Shown: piece after piece, positions 28,584-38,307 of the stretch
How the letters are laid out: each line of letters begins with the position of its first letter
How positions within the stretch are numbered: position 1 is the first letter of the stretch
Assembly: GCA_963781615.1 (NCBI GenBank)
Contig: CAWAGI010000007.1
Span: 318,748-382,747 of the forward strand
Reading direction: 5' to 3'
Source: an uncultured Actinomycetes bacterium
GTDB lineage: Bacteria; Actinomycetota; Acidimicrobiia; IMCC26256; JACDBD01
DNA length: 64,000 bases
The notes under the pieces: model-generated
Seen by the model: only the letters and a program-made list of their open reading frames with translations
Told to the model about the DNA's origin: nothing
Databases searched by the model: none
Translations under genes and position numbers: made by a program

Positions 28584-28606
28584 CGCCCCGCGGGCGCGCC
28601 CCTTTT
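28584..28606 (+). terminator. GC hairpin CGCCC-CGC-GGGCG followed by CGCCCC-TTTT (weak intrinsic-terminator candidate)
   Basis: Located 6 nt after the lipoprotein stop. The stem is only 5 bp and the T-run only 4. Confidence 0.3.
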
Positions 28607-28666
28607 CACAGGGGGTTCTCAGCCCTTCGTGAGTGCGTTCCCAAACTGACTTGCGACAATCCCGCC

Positions 28667-29303
28667 ATGACCAACGGTGCAGAAGACGAGAACGCGGCGA
28701 GCGATCAACCGACAGAGCCATCCGAGCCGGCGCAGGCCGAGACGGCGGAGGTCCCGCCGCCCCCGCCGCAGGACGAGGGCGCACCGCCGGCGGGCCCGCC
28801 GTCCGGAAAGCGCGGCGCGTGGCTGCTGCCCAAGTGGGCGATCGTCGGGCTCCTGGGGCTCGTCGTCGCCGGGCTCCTCTTCGGGAGCGCGTTCGCGATC
28901 GGGCGGGCGACTGCGCCCGGTGGTGACAACATCAGCAACGAGCGGTCGTTCGGTGGCCGTTTTCCCCGCGAGCCTGGCGAGGGGCCGACCCTGCCCCGAG
29001 TCCCTCGCCAGGTGAGCGGGGTCTTCCTCGGCGTGTCGACGGAACCGTCGACCGATCCGCAGGGTGTCCGGGTCCTCGAGGTGGTCGACGGCAGCCCCGC
29101 CGCATCCGCCGGCCTCCAGGCCGACGACGTGATCACGGCCGTCGACGGCACGTCGGTGAGCCGACCGGCGGAGCTCGCGCAGCAGATCCGCAGTCACAAG
29201 TCCGGTGACCAGGTGACGATCGCGTACAGCCGCGGCGGCAACTCCGCCGACGACGCAAGTGACGCTGGCCGACCGCTCGAGCGACAACCAGCCCAACAGC
29301 TGA
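28667..29303 (+). CDS. Membrane-anchored PDZ-domain protein (one apparent frameshift near 29249)
   Basis: Pro-rich N-terminus, one TM (WAIVGLLGLVVAGLLFGSAF) and a PDZ domain (GVRVLEVVDGSPAASAGLQADDVITAVDGTSV). The natural-looking C-terminus TTQVTLADRSSDNQPNS-stop (TGA at 29301-29303) is in the +1 frame relative to the ORF-track end at 29329. Confidence 0.6.
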
Positions 29304-29339
29304 CGGCGAGAGCAGCACCCGCCGCGTAGCCTGACGCGC

Positions 29340-29822
29340 ATGCTGCTCGACGGGTTCAACCACGTTGCGATCCTCACCAAGGACACGAAGCGGCTGCACG
29401 CGTTCTACGAAGAGGTGTTCGACGCCACGGTGCCGCGCGACGGGCCGGAGGGGCCGTCCGGGTCCTCGGGCGTACGGCTGTCCGTCGTGCACGTCGGGCC
29501 GCATTCCGAGCTCAACGTGTTCGAGATCGACGACAACCACGAGGCAGAACGCCAGACGCCGATGTTCGGGCGCGGCCGCATCGACCACCTCGCGCTCCAC
29601 GCCGACTCTCTCGACTCGTTCGAGACGATCCGTGACCGCCTGATCGCCCGCGGCGCGAGCGACGGCTTCGTGACCGACTTCGGGCCGATCCTCAGCGTCT
29701 TCTTCCGCGACCCGGACGGGCTCGAGTGCGAGGTCTGCGTGCAGAACCCGGACGCGAAGCCCGGCGTCGGCAACCCGCCGGGAACACCGGCGGCGCGCTA
29801 CCACGGCTCGTCCGAGGCCTAG
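29340..29822 (+). CDS. VOC (glyoxalase/bleomycin-resistance/dioxygenase) family protein
   Basis: FNHVAILTKDTKRLHAFYEEVF and IDHLALHADSLDSF are paired beta-alpha-beta-beta-beta module signatures. Confidence 0.8.
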   Translation: MLLDGFNHVAILTKDTKRLHAFYEEVFDATVPRDGPEGPSGSSGVRLSVVHVGPHSELNVFEIDDNHEAERQTPMFGRGRIDHLALHADSLDSFETIRDRLIARGASDGFVTDFGPILSVFFRDPDGLECEVCVQNPDAKPGVGNPPGTPAARYHGSSEA

Positions 29823-30958
29823 GCCAGGAGTCGCGCCGCCTCGAGTCGCACCCGGAAGTCGGGATCCTCGGCGACTCCGGAAACGGCCGGGCCACTGGGA
29901 CCGAGCCCGATCGCGGCGATGCCCGCCAACGCCTTCCACCGGATCCACGCGTCGCCGTCGTCGAGGGCGCGCTCGAACAGTGGTCGCAGCTCCTGTCGTT
30001 CGGCGCCCGCAGCCGCGTCGACGACACTGCGCCGCACGGCGCGGCTCGAGTCGCCGAGGAGGCGGGCCCAGGCGCCGGCGGCCACGTCGGGCGGCGCGTC
30101 GACCAGGAGCGCGGCCGCGACCTGCCGCCGCGCCGGCTCGGCGTCGTCGCAGACCGCCAGGATCTGCTCGAGGTCGCCGGGCCTCTCGGCGCGCAGCGCG
30201 CCGAGGTCGGCCCACGCCCGCTCGAGCCGGCGCGGCGCGCGGGTGTCGCCTTCGTCCGCACCGATCGCGCGCCCCGGCACGGACGCGGTGGCGCTCGGGG
30301 CTCCCCCGGCGCTCGGGTCGCCGGCGAACGCGGCGGTCACCGCGCGCAGGACCGGTTGCAGCAGCTCCTCCCACCGGTCGGGGCGCACGATCGTCACCGC
30401 CACGAAGTCGGGGCCGACGAGCACGTTCGTCACCTCGTCGAAGTCGCCGAAGAGCCCGTCCACGCGCGCGTCGGCGGCCGCGGCGTCGGCCGAGTCGTAG
30501 TTGCGCGCCGCCCCGCCGTGCAGCGGCGGAGTGGCGAATCGGATCGTGCGCGGGCTCGGGGTCGCCTCCGGGACCACCGCCCCGTCGAACGTGTCGCCCA
30601 GATCCGGCACGCTCGTCGTCTCGTCCTCACCGGCTCGTCCCGACGCCGAGCGCGCGTCGCCCTCGACCCGCAGGCGGAACCGGCCTTGGTCCCAGCCCCA
30701 CCGGAGCGTGAGGCCCGGTGCGAGCTCACGCCGGTCGCCGCCGCTCCCGGCGCCGACGACGTCGGCGAGCGCTTCGTCGTCGTCCGCGGTCCACGGCGCG
30801 TCCGAGAAGAACCGCTTCAACTGCTGCTTCACCGGGCCGAGCGACTCGAGCGGCAGCTCGCTCACCACCGGCGTCAGCTCCCCGATCGCATCGGGGACGA
30901 GACCCCGCTGCACGACCTGCCCGCGCGCCGCGTCGAGCTGGGGGCCGATCGATGTCAC
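29819..30958 (-). CDS. Hypothetical protein with Nfu_N-like (scaffold protein N-terminal) segment and HEAT-like C-terminal repeats
   Basis: The central IRFATPPLHGG...DGLFGDFDEVTNVLVGPDFVAVTI resembles Nfu/NifU N-terminal domains. C-terminal helical repeats include DAWIRWKALAGIAAIG and DPDFRVRLEAARLL. Intact 379-aa ORF. Confidence 0.55.
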   Translation of the reverse strand: MTSIGPQLDAARGQVVQRGLVPDAIGELTPVVSELPLESLGPVKQQLKRFFSDAPWTADDDEALADVVGAGSGGDRRELAPGLTLRWGWDQGRFRLRVEGDARSASGRAGEDETTSVPDLGDTFDGAVVPEATPSPRTIRFATPPLHGGAARNYDSADAAAADARVDGLFGDFDEVTNVLVGPDFVAVTIVRPDRWEELLQPVLRAVTAAFAGDPSAGGAPSATASVPGRAIGADEGDTRAPRRLERAWADLGALRAERPGDLEQILAVCDDAEPARRQVAAALLVDAPPDVAAGAWARLLGDSSRAVRRSVVDAAAGAERQELRPLFERALDDGDAWIRWKALAGIAAIGLGPSGPAVSGVAEDPDFRVRLEAARLLA

Positions 30959-31017
30959 ACGACGACGCTACCGACCCGTCAGCCCGTCACCGTCTCCGAC
31001 GAACTGGGATCGGGCGG

Positions 31018-32974
31018 TCAGAGCTTGCTCAAGAGGACGAGCCCGTAATACCCCTGGCCCTCGTTCGAGAGGTGGATGCCGTCCTGGACGAGGTACTCGG
31101 GGTGCTGGCTCGCCGCCGAGTACCAGTCGAACAGCACCGCATTCGGATACCGCGGGACCGCGGCGGCGATCGCATCGTTGTCGGGCTGCTCCCAGGGGCG
31201 GTCGACCTTGGTGTTGACGAGCACGACGCGTTTGACGCCGCTGAGCAGCCGCATCATCTCGTCGAGCTGGTCCTCCGGGATCGAGCCGTTCGTACCGAGG
31301 TGGACGATGACCTCGTCGCCGAGCTGCCCGGCGTCGTGCAGCTGGCGGACGATGTCGAGGCCCTCGGTGAAGTGACGGCTGACGTTGGCGTCCATCTGCA
31401 GCCGGTCGCCGACGAACCGGTGCAGCGCCGTCTGCGCGCCGAGCATGACGGAGTCGCCGATGGCCGTGACCCGCGCGTTCGGGATCGGAGTCAGCGTCGT
31501 GTTAGGAGCGGACGGAGCAGGCGCGGGCACCGCGGCCTTCGGGGCCGATGTCGCCGTCGATCCCTTCGGCGCGGCTCGTGGTCGTCGTGATCGCGATGTT
31601 CGCCGGCTTCGCCGGGAAGCCCGGCGGCTTCGACGCCGGTTGCGCGACGGCGAGGCCGATGCCGAGCACGACCGTCGTCAGGACGACGGCGGCGGACGTG
31701 TAGCCGAGGCGCGCACGGACGCGTCGACGCTGCAGCAGCGGGCCCTGCCCCAAGGCGCGGCGCAACGCCGCGAGACGACGGCTGATCGCACCGCTGCGAA
31801 TCGGCACCTCGATGAAGCGGTATGACGCGGCTGCCAACCCGACGGTGATGGCGACGCGAAACACGAAGAGCGGGATGCCCGTCAGCGGGATGTCGATCCC
31901 GGGGCGCGTCACGAGATACACCGGCCAGTGCCACAGGTAGATGCCGTACGAGCGTTTGCCGATCCAGACCATCGGCTTGGTGGCGAGGATGCTGCCGGTG
32001 ATGGTCGTGGCGGGGTGGGCGGCGACGAGCACGACGACTGCCGCGACGCAGGCGAACACCAGGTACCCGCCGCGATACAGGGCCGCGGAGAACTCGCTCA
32101 CGTTGGCGAAGCACAACACCAGCACCAGCAGGCCGGTGAAGCCGATGGCGTCGAGGGCCAAGGGCGCCCGCTTCCCGATCCTTCCGCGTAGTTGCCACGG
32201 CGGGAGCAGGACCGCCATGCCGGCACCGATGAGCAGGCCGCTCGAGTGCGTATCGGTGCCGTAGTAGACGCGCGACGGGTCGCCGCCGGAGTACAGCACC
32301 GCCATGAGAAGCGCGGAGACGGCGGCGCCGGCGAAGATGCCGAGCGCGAGCTTCACGCGTGACGGCCGCCAGAACTTCAGCGCGAGGCCGAGGAGCAGCG
32401 GCCACACCAGATAGAACTGCTCCTCGATCGCCAGCGACCAGAGGTGCTGGAGCATCGGCGGGCGCCCGAGGGACGAGAAGTACGACTGCTGGTGGAAGAT
32501 GAGGTACCAGTTCGTCACGTAGCCGAACGACGCGACGACGCCACCGCGCAGCTTTGACGCCTCGTCGGGCAGGAACACGACGACGTACGCGCACGTGACG
32601 ACGATCATCGCGATCAGAGCCGGGAGCAGCCGGCGGGCTCGGTGCAGATAGAAGCGACCGAGACCCAGCCGGCCGCCGTTCCTCCGCCACGCGTCGAGCA
32701 GCACCGACGTGATCAGGTAGCCGCTGAGCACGAAGAACACGTCGACGCCCAGGAACCCGCCGCTGAACCAACCCAGATCGCCGTGGTACACGAGCACCGC
32801 CGCAACCGCGAGCGCGCGCACGCCGTCCAACGCGGGGATGTAGCCCAACCGCGGGTGTGCCGACGCGCCGTTCGTGGGCTCGCCGTCGGTGTCTGCGCCG
32901 TCGTGCGCAGCCGAGGGAGGGGCGGCGCCCGGACTCGTCGATCTGGGGTTGAGGGGCAGGCGTGGTCGCGGCAC
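31018..32974 (-). CDS. OafA/YrhL-type acyltransferase-3 membrane domain fused to a C-terminal SGNH hydrolase domain (one apparent frameshift near 31580)
   Basis: AT3 motifs LDGVRALAVAAVLVYH, FFVLSGYLIT, HLWSLAIEEQFY. After a P/A/T linker the SGNH domain (VTAIGDSVMLGA...HLGTNG...DGIHLS) reads in ORF 31018..31530. Confidence 0.85.
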
Positions 32975-33211
32975 CGCCTAGTGGTTTGGGCGCGCGGCAA
33001 ACCATGCGATGAGCCATGACCTGAAGTGCCAAACGTTATCTCCGCCCGCGCCGCGAAGCGCGGAACCCCTTGTCCCGCCTTCCGGACGCGCCGACCAATT
33101 CGGTGCATCTCGTCATATATCGCCCGGCGAACAGAGCCCTCGCCGTGTCCGTTTCGGGACCAACCGGCCTGGACCGGGGCGGCCGGACTGGCTACTGTCA
33201 CCCTCCCAACT
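32975..33211 (+). promoter_or_regulatory. Long, lower-GC, structured leader upstream of the NlpC/P60 gene (candidate riboswitch/attenuator; class not identified)
   Basis: The ORF is formally open from ATG 33026, but codons there are GC3-poor (gtt, tgt, att, tca, tat, aca, ttt, caa). Several local hairpins are present (CCGCG-AAG-CGCGG at 33050-33062; GUCCG-UUU-CGGGAC). Confidence 0.35.
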
Positions 33212-34372
33212 TTGATCACTTCAGCCACACCGGCCTCTCCAGACCCGACCGTCCGCGCGCCCCGCGCCCGGCACGCCCGCTGGCTCGCCGCGCTCGCGCT
33301 CGTCGTCGCCCTCGTCCCGCTCGTCTCGAGCGGTCGCGCCCACGCCGACCCGATCGACGACAAGCAGGCGGAGGCGAAGGCTCTGCAGGACCAGATCGAC
33401 GCCAACGGCGCCAAGCTCGACGCCCTGTCCGAGCAGTACAACGGCGCCCAGTACCGGCTCGAGCAGGCCCAGGCGGCGGCGGCGGACGCTCAGCAGAAGC
33501 TCGACGCCGCCGAGGCGCAGGTGGCCCAGCTCAAGGAGCTGGTGAAGGAGCGGGCCGCAGCGTTGTACCGCAGTGTCGGGCAGGGCGGTCCCGTCGACCT
33601 CGACGTGTCGAGCGCTTCGCGGCTGATCTCCAGCTCGAAGTACTCAAAGTCCGCTGCGCAGCACGACATCGATCTCGTCAAGGACCTCCGGCGCGCCGAA
33701 AGCGTGTTGCACGACCAGAAGGAGGCGGCCGAGCAGGCGCAGGCCGACGCCCAGAACGAGCAGGAGCAGATCGGGAAGGCGCAGGCGGGTGTCGAGGCTG
33801 CCAACGCCCAACAGGAGCAATTGCTGTCGCAGGTGAACGGCGAGATCGCACAACTCGTCGCCGAAGAGCAGGCGCGCAAGGAAGCCGCTGCGCTGGCCGC
33901 GGCGCAGCAGCGCTACGCGGCCGCGGCTTCTGCACCCGCGCCGAGTGGCCCCGCCCCGACCAGCAACCGCAGCACCTCCGGCGGGGGCGGCGGCGCACCG
34001 GTCAACGCCAACGCGCCGGTCAGCGGGGGCGCGGGCGCGGCGATCGCATACGCCCGGTCCCAGCTCGGCAAGCCCTACTGCTACGCGGGCGCGGGCCCTG
34101 CATGCTTCGACTGCTCGGGGCTCACGATGCGCGCGTGGGGCGCGGCGGGCGTCAGCATGCCGCACTACTCGGGCGCGCAGTACTCGATGTTCCCGCACGT
34201 GCCGCTCGGCGCGATGCAGCCGGGCGACCTCGTCTTCTGGGGCCCGGGCGGCAGCGAGCACGTCGGCCTCTACATCGGCGGCGGGCAGATGATCGCCGCC
34301 CCGCACACCGGCGACGTCGTGAAGATCCAGGCGGTGTTCGGCAGTCCGGTCGGAGCGGCGCGACCCGGATAA
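33212..34372 (+). CDS. Coiled-coil NlpC/P60 family cell-wall peptidase (RipA-like architecture)
   Basis: Signal-like RWLAALALVVALVPLVSSGRAHA, a long Q/A/E-rich coiled coil, and the C-terminal NlpC/P60 core GKPYCYAGAGPACFDCSGLT...EHVGLYIGGGQMIAAPHTGD. Start uncertain: TTG 33212 is the only in-frame candidate after the GC3-poor region. Confidence 0.85.
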   Translation: MITSATPASPDPTVRAPRARHARWLAALALVVALVPLVSSGRAHADPIDDKQAEAKALQDQIDANGAKLDALSEQYNGAQYRLEQAQAAAADAQQKLDAAEAQVAQLKELVKERAAALYRSVGQGGPVDLDVSSASRLISSSKYSKSAAQHDIDLVKDLRRAESVLHDQKEAAEQAQADAQNEQEQIGKAQAGVEAANAQQEQLLSQVNGEIAQLVAEEQARKEAAALAAAQQRYAAAASAPAPSGPAPTSNRSTSGGGGGAPVNANAPVSGGAGAAIAYARSQLGKPYCYAGAGPACFDCSGLTMRAWGAAGVSMPHYSGAQYSMFPHVPLGAMQPGDLVFWGPGGSEHVGLYIGGGQMIAAPHTGDVVKIQAVFGSPVGAARPG

Positions 34373-34413
34373 GTGCGCCCGGCGCGCTCGCGGACGACCC
34401 GTAGAGTCGGCCC

Positions 34414-34965
34414 GTGACGATCAGCATCGTCTTCGAGACGCACTCGCTGAGCGAGGACAACGAGCTCGGTGTCGCGTCGGGGTGGAGTCACAGCCACCTG
34501 TCCGAGCGTGGTCGCGAGCTTGCAGGCGAGCTCGGCGAGCGGCGCGGTGACGACGGGCTCGCGGCCGTGTTCAGCTCGGATCTTCGCCGAGCCGCCGAGA
34601 CCGCCGACATCGCGTTCGGCGCCGGCGACGTGCCGATCCTCCTCGACTGGCGACTCCGCGAGTGCGACTACGGCGAGCGAAACGGCGACCCGGCCGAGGC
34701 GCACGGCCAGGATCCGGCCGCGCATCTCGACGAGCCGTTCCCGGGCGGCGAGAGCTGGCGCCAGGCGGTCGCCCGTGTCGGAGGCTTCCTCGACGACCTG
34801 ACCCCCCGCTGGGACGGCACGCGTGTGCTCGTCATCGGCCACGTCGCCACGCGTTGGGCGCTCGACCACTACCTGGGTGGCGTTCCACTCGAGGAGCTCG
34901 TCAACGAGGTCTTCGAGTGGAAGCCGGGCTGGGAGTACCACCTCGACCGGCCCGGAAGCACCTGA
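34414..34965 (+). CDS. Histidine phosphatase (phosphoglycerate-mutase-like) family protein
   Basis: FETHSLSEDNELGVASGW...LSERGRELA...SDLRRAAETA...VIGHVATRWAL. The N-terminal motif is T-H-S rather than the canonical R-H-G. Confidence 0.75.
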   Translation: MTISIVFETHSLSEDNELGVASGWSHSHLSERGRELAGELGERRGDDGLAAVFSSDLRRAAETADIAFGAGDVPILLDWRLRECDYGERNGDPAEAHGQDPAAHLDEPFPGGESWRQAVARVGGFLDDLTPRWDGTRVLVIGHVATRWALDHYLGGVPLEELVNEVFEWKPGWEYHLDRPGST

Positions 34966-34995
34966 CGCGCTGTCCGGCGGCGGAGACGAACCCCG

Positions 34996-37518
34996 CTACG
35001 ACGGTGCCGGCGCCGGTGCGGGCTCGGGGGGCGGCTCGCCGGCGGCGGTGCGCTCCAGGATCTCGCGCTTCACGAGGCCCCGCGACACCCAATTGCGGCG
35101 GTCGGCCCACACGAGCATCGGCGGGAGCACGACCAGCGCGCTGAGCAGCGCGACGGCGACGTTCATCGCCACGATGATCCCGAAGTCGCGCAGCAGCGGC
35201 AGCGACGACGTGGCGATCACCGCCACACCGGCGATGGCCGTCAGGGCCGAGACGATGAACGCTCGGCCCGTGCGGGACGCCGCGACCTCGACCGACTCCT
35301 CCGGCGTCAGGCCGCGGCGGCGTTCCTCGACGAACCGCAACAGGATCAGCGACGTGAACTCCGTGCACGCTGCGACCACCAGGGGGCCGCCGACCGCGGT
35401 GATCGGGCTCAGCTTGAGGCTGAAGGCGAACGCGACCAGCGAGGCGGTCCCGACCGCGATCAGCACCGGGACGAGTGACAGCAGCGAGCGGATCACGCTG
35501 CGGAGCCGAACGCTCAGGAACAGGAACACGAACAGGATGGCGAGATAGGTCAACAGGACCCGGTTCGCCTCGAGGTTGTCGAGCAATCCGACCCCCACGA
35601 CGGCGAGGCCCGACGGGGTGGCGCTGACGCCCGCCGGCGGCTCGACGGTGGAGCGGATCTCGCGCACGACCTCCGCTCGTCGTTGCAGCTCACTCGGGCC
35701 CGTGCGGAACACGAGGTTCAGAGCGTCCTCGTTGCTGCTCACCGACGACTTCTTCACGCCCTCGGGCGCCACACCGTCGGCGGCGCGCACCTGCTCGCCG
35801 GTCGGCGCCACATGGGTCACGCCGGGGATGTCGTTGGTGATGTCGCTGACGGTGGTGACGATGCCGGCGCCCGTCAACAGTGTCTCGGGATGGTCGGCGA
35901 GCTGCTGGGTCGTGAAGTTGTCCATGAACTGGACGGTCTTGTCGTCGAAGACGTCCTTCGACTGCACGAACATGCCGAGCTCGCTCGACGAGCCCGTCTC
36001 GCGGTCGAGCGTGTGGAGGTTGTGGATCACCTGCGAGTCCTGGTTCACCCACTTGATCGGGTCGGTCTGCAGCTCGAGCTTGCCCTCCACGAGGATGCCG
36101 CCGGCGAAGATGATCACGCTCGCGACGGTGAGATAGATCGCCACGCTGCCGGGCAACCCGCCGAGCCACACGACCAGGCGGCCGAGCGGCCCGGTGCGGA
36201 AGTCCCGGCCCTTGGTGGGCGACTTGTACTCGCGGATGCCGAGGGCGGCGAGCGGGACGATGATGCTGCACAGGCAGATCACCGCGATCCCGACCGCCAG
36301 CAGGAGCCCGAACTGGCGGAGCATCGGCACCTTCGCGAAGCGGAGGGCGGCGAACGCGAAGATGGCGTCGAAGGTCACGACCAGCAGCGCCGGGCACAAG
36401 TTGCGCGCCGTCTCCTGGATCGGGTGCGCCTCCCGGTCGATCACCACCTCTTCCTCGACGCGGGCGTGCATCTGGATCGCGTAGTCGATTCCTATCCCGA
36501 GCATCACGGGAAGGCCGGCGATGGTGACGATCGTGAGCGGTATGCCGAGGTAGCCGGCGAGGCCGAACGCCCACACGATCCCGATGAGGATCACGGCCAG
36601 GGGGAGCAGCCGCCAGCGCACGTCGAACAGCACCAGCAGGATCACGATCATGATCGCGACCGCGATCGCCCCGAGCGTGAGCATGCCACCGGTGAGGTAG
36701 TCGTTGATGTCCTTCAGCAGCACCGGCGCGCCCGTGGTGACGACCGACGCGTCGGCGAATCGCAGCTTGCCGGCGTTCTCGGTGACATAGTCGGAGGCTT
36801 CGCCCTCCGTCGTGATCGAGGCGTTGCCGACGAGGCGGGTCACCATCTGCGCATGCGTGTCGTCGACGATGAAGCTGCGCAGCGCCTTGCGGACCTCGCC
36901 CTGGTTGTTGTGCAGGAGGAAGTCGATCCACGCCGGGTTCTCGAGCGTGCGTTCCGCCTGGGGGATCGCGTTCAGCCGCTGGATCGTGGTCGCGGCGTCG
37001 GCATTCCGCGCCGCCTGGCTCTCGGGTGACGGGTCGCGCGCCGTGGCGTCCAGCAGCGCCCGTCCTGCGACGCTCTGGGTCGGGTCGCCGGACGGGCTCT
37101 GCACCAGGCTGTCGCTGAACTCCATCAGCGTGCGGGGACTGATGACGCCGACGATGCCCTTGCCCTTCGCGAGCTTGTCCTCGAGGGCGCGCCACTTCGC
37201 CTGGTTCTCCGGCGTGAACAGCTCGCTGACGGTGTGGCCCTTGTCCATCGAGACCAGCGTGAGCATCGCCTGGCCGCCGAAGAGCCGCTGGTACTTGACG
37301 TTGTCCTTGTAGACCGTGTCGCTCTTGTTGAGGTAGCTGTCCTGGCCGGTCGAGAACTCGAGGCGCGTGATGCCGAAGCCGAGGATCAACGTGACGAGCA
37401 AACCGATCACCGACACGAGCCCGGCGTGCTTGCCGAGCCCGACCGCGAGGAACCTCCAGAAGCGCTCCACGGCGTCTCTCCCCCCTGCCGCGACCTTGCG
37501 CGCGCTGACCTTACTCAT
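34996..37518 (-). CDS. MMPL/RND-superfamily membrane transporter
   Basis: Intact 840-aa ORF with two clusters of about 6 TM helices, each preceded by a large soluble loop. Duplicated MMPL-type segments (GIDYAIQMHARVEEE; FVEERRRGLTPEESV). Confidence 0.9.
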   Translation of the reverse strand: MSKVSARKVAAGGRDAVERFWRFLAVGLGKHAGLVSVIGLLVTLILGFGITRLEFSTGQDSYLNKSDTVYKDNVKYQRLFGGQAMLTLVSMDKGHTVSELFTPENQAKWRALEDKLAKGKGIVGVISPRTLMEFSDSLVQSPSGDPTQSVAGRALLDATARDPSPESQAARNADAATTIQRLNAIPQAERTLENPAWIDFLLHNNQGEVRKALRSFIVDDTHAQMVTRLVGNASITTEGEASDYVTENAGKLRFADASVVTTGAPVLLKDINDYLTGGMLTLGAIAVAIMIVILLVLFDVRWRLLPLAVILIGIVWAFGLAGYLGIPLTIVTIAGLPVMLGIGIDYAIQMHARVEEEVVIDREAHPIQETARNLCPALLVVTFDAIFAFAALRFAKVPMLRQFGLLLAVGIAVICLCSIIVPLAALGIREYKSPTKGRDFRTGPLGRLVVWLGGLPGSVAIYLTVASVIIFAGGILVEGKLELQTDPIKWVNQDSQVIHNLHTLDRETGSSSELGMFVQSKDVFDDKTVQFMDNFTTQQLADHPETLLTGAGIVTTVSDITNDIPGVTHVAPTGEQVRAADGVAPEGVKKSSVSSNEDALNLVFRTGPSELQRRAEVVREIRSTVEPPAGVSATPSGLAVVGVGLLDNLEANRVLLTYLAILFVFLFLSVRLRSVIRSLLSLVPVLIAVGTASLVAFAFSLKLSPITAVGGPLVVAACTEFTSLILLRFVEERRRGLTPEESVEVAASRTGRAFIVSALTAIAGVAVIATSSLPLLRDFGIIVAMNVAVALLSALVVLPPMLVWADRRNWVSRGLVKREILERTAAGEPPPEPAPAPAPS

Positions 37519-37563
37519 CTGGAGGGCGTCAGTCGCCGCGAGACTGGCGCCCGATGACGCCCG

Positions 37564-38277
37564 CTACTGGAAGATCGCCGCCACGACGTTGATGAGCACC
37601 GCCAGGATCACGGCGCCGAAGAGATACGACAACATGGAGTGGAAGAGGACAATGTGGCGGAGCGTCTGGTCGTTGATCTCCGTGTCCGCGACCTGGAAGG
37701 TCATGCCGATCCCGAAGGCGACGTAGGCGAAGTCCAGGTAGTCGGGCTCGAAGTCGGGGCCGGACTTGAAGTCGAAGCCTCCGACGGGCTGCTCGGCGTA
37801 GTACTCGTGCGCATACCGCAACGTGTACACCGTGTGCACCGTCGCCCACGAGAGCACGACGGTCGCCACCGCCGCCGAGACCAGCGCGATGTCGCCGGTG
37901 CCGGTGCCGCTTTCACTCGCCTTGAGGAGGTCGAAACCCACGCCCACCAGGCTCACGACGCAGGCCGTCAGCACGAGCAGCTGCGCCGCCGGACGGCTGT
38001 CGTCCTCCCGCCTGGCGAACCGCATCGTCTCCTCGGGGCTGAACCGGAAGGCGCTCGTCCACACCCACACGAGGTACAACGCCGCCGCGACAAGCCATCC
38101 GATGAGCGTGGACAGCTGCCAGGGGGAGAACCAGGCCGCGACGAAACCGGCCGTGACGCCCGCCAAGCCGACGAGCAACGCCCGCCGGCGCGACGACACC
38201 GCCCAAAGCAGCGCCACGTGCCGTTGTTGACGGACCACTCTCGTCGAAGTTAGCGGTGTCGCACGGGGGAGCCGCAT
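37564..38277 (-). CDS. DUF1345 family membrane protein
   Basis: The pattern SWATVHTVYTLRYAHEYY...GGFDF...PDYLDFAYVAFGIGMTFQVADT is characteristic of DUF1345 as I recall it. Start at 38277 (MRLPRAT) or 38292. The upstream part of ORF 37564..38598 looks non-coding. Confidence 0.75.
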   Translation of the reverse strand: MRLPRATPLTSTRVVRQQRHVALLWAVSSRRRALLVGLAGVTAGFVAAWFSPWQLSTLIGWLVAAALYLVWVWTSAFRFSPEETMRFARREDDSRPAAQLLVLTACVVSLVGVGFDLLKASESGTGTGDIALVSAAVATVVLSWATVHTVYTLRYAHEYYAEQPVGGFDFKSGPDFEPDYLDFAYVAFGIGMTFQVADTEINDQTLRHIVLFHSMLSYLFGAVILAVLINVVAAIFQ

Positions 38278-38307
38278 CGTCGTCGTCGGCATTACCTGCG
38301 CATCGCC

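Noticed and set aside
5266-28618. Recurring CACAGGGGG string at 5268, 26294 and 28606, considered as a possible dispersed repeat or REP-like element.
   Set aside because: One copy lies inside coding sequence (the C-terminus of the membrane protein), and the flanks of the three copies are unrelated. Only the 26292-26309 copy forms a hairpin, and it is reported as a terminator candidate.
33026-33211. ATG 33026 as the start of the NlpC/P60 gene, and identification of the leader as a ydaO c-di-AMP riboswitch.
   Set aside because: Codon usage in 33026-33211 is unlike the rest of the genome, and it precedes the signal peptide by about 90 aa. I could not match the conserved ydaO core nucleotides by eye, so I report only an unclassified structured leader.
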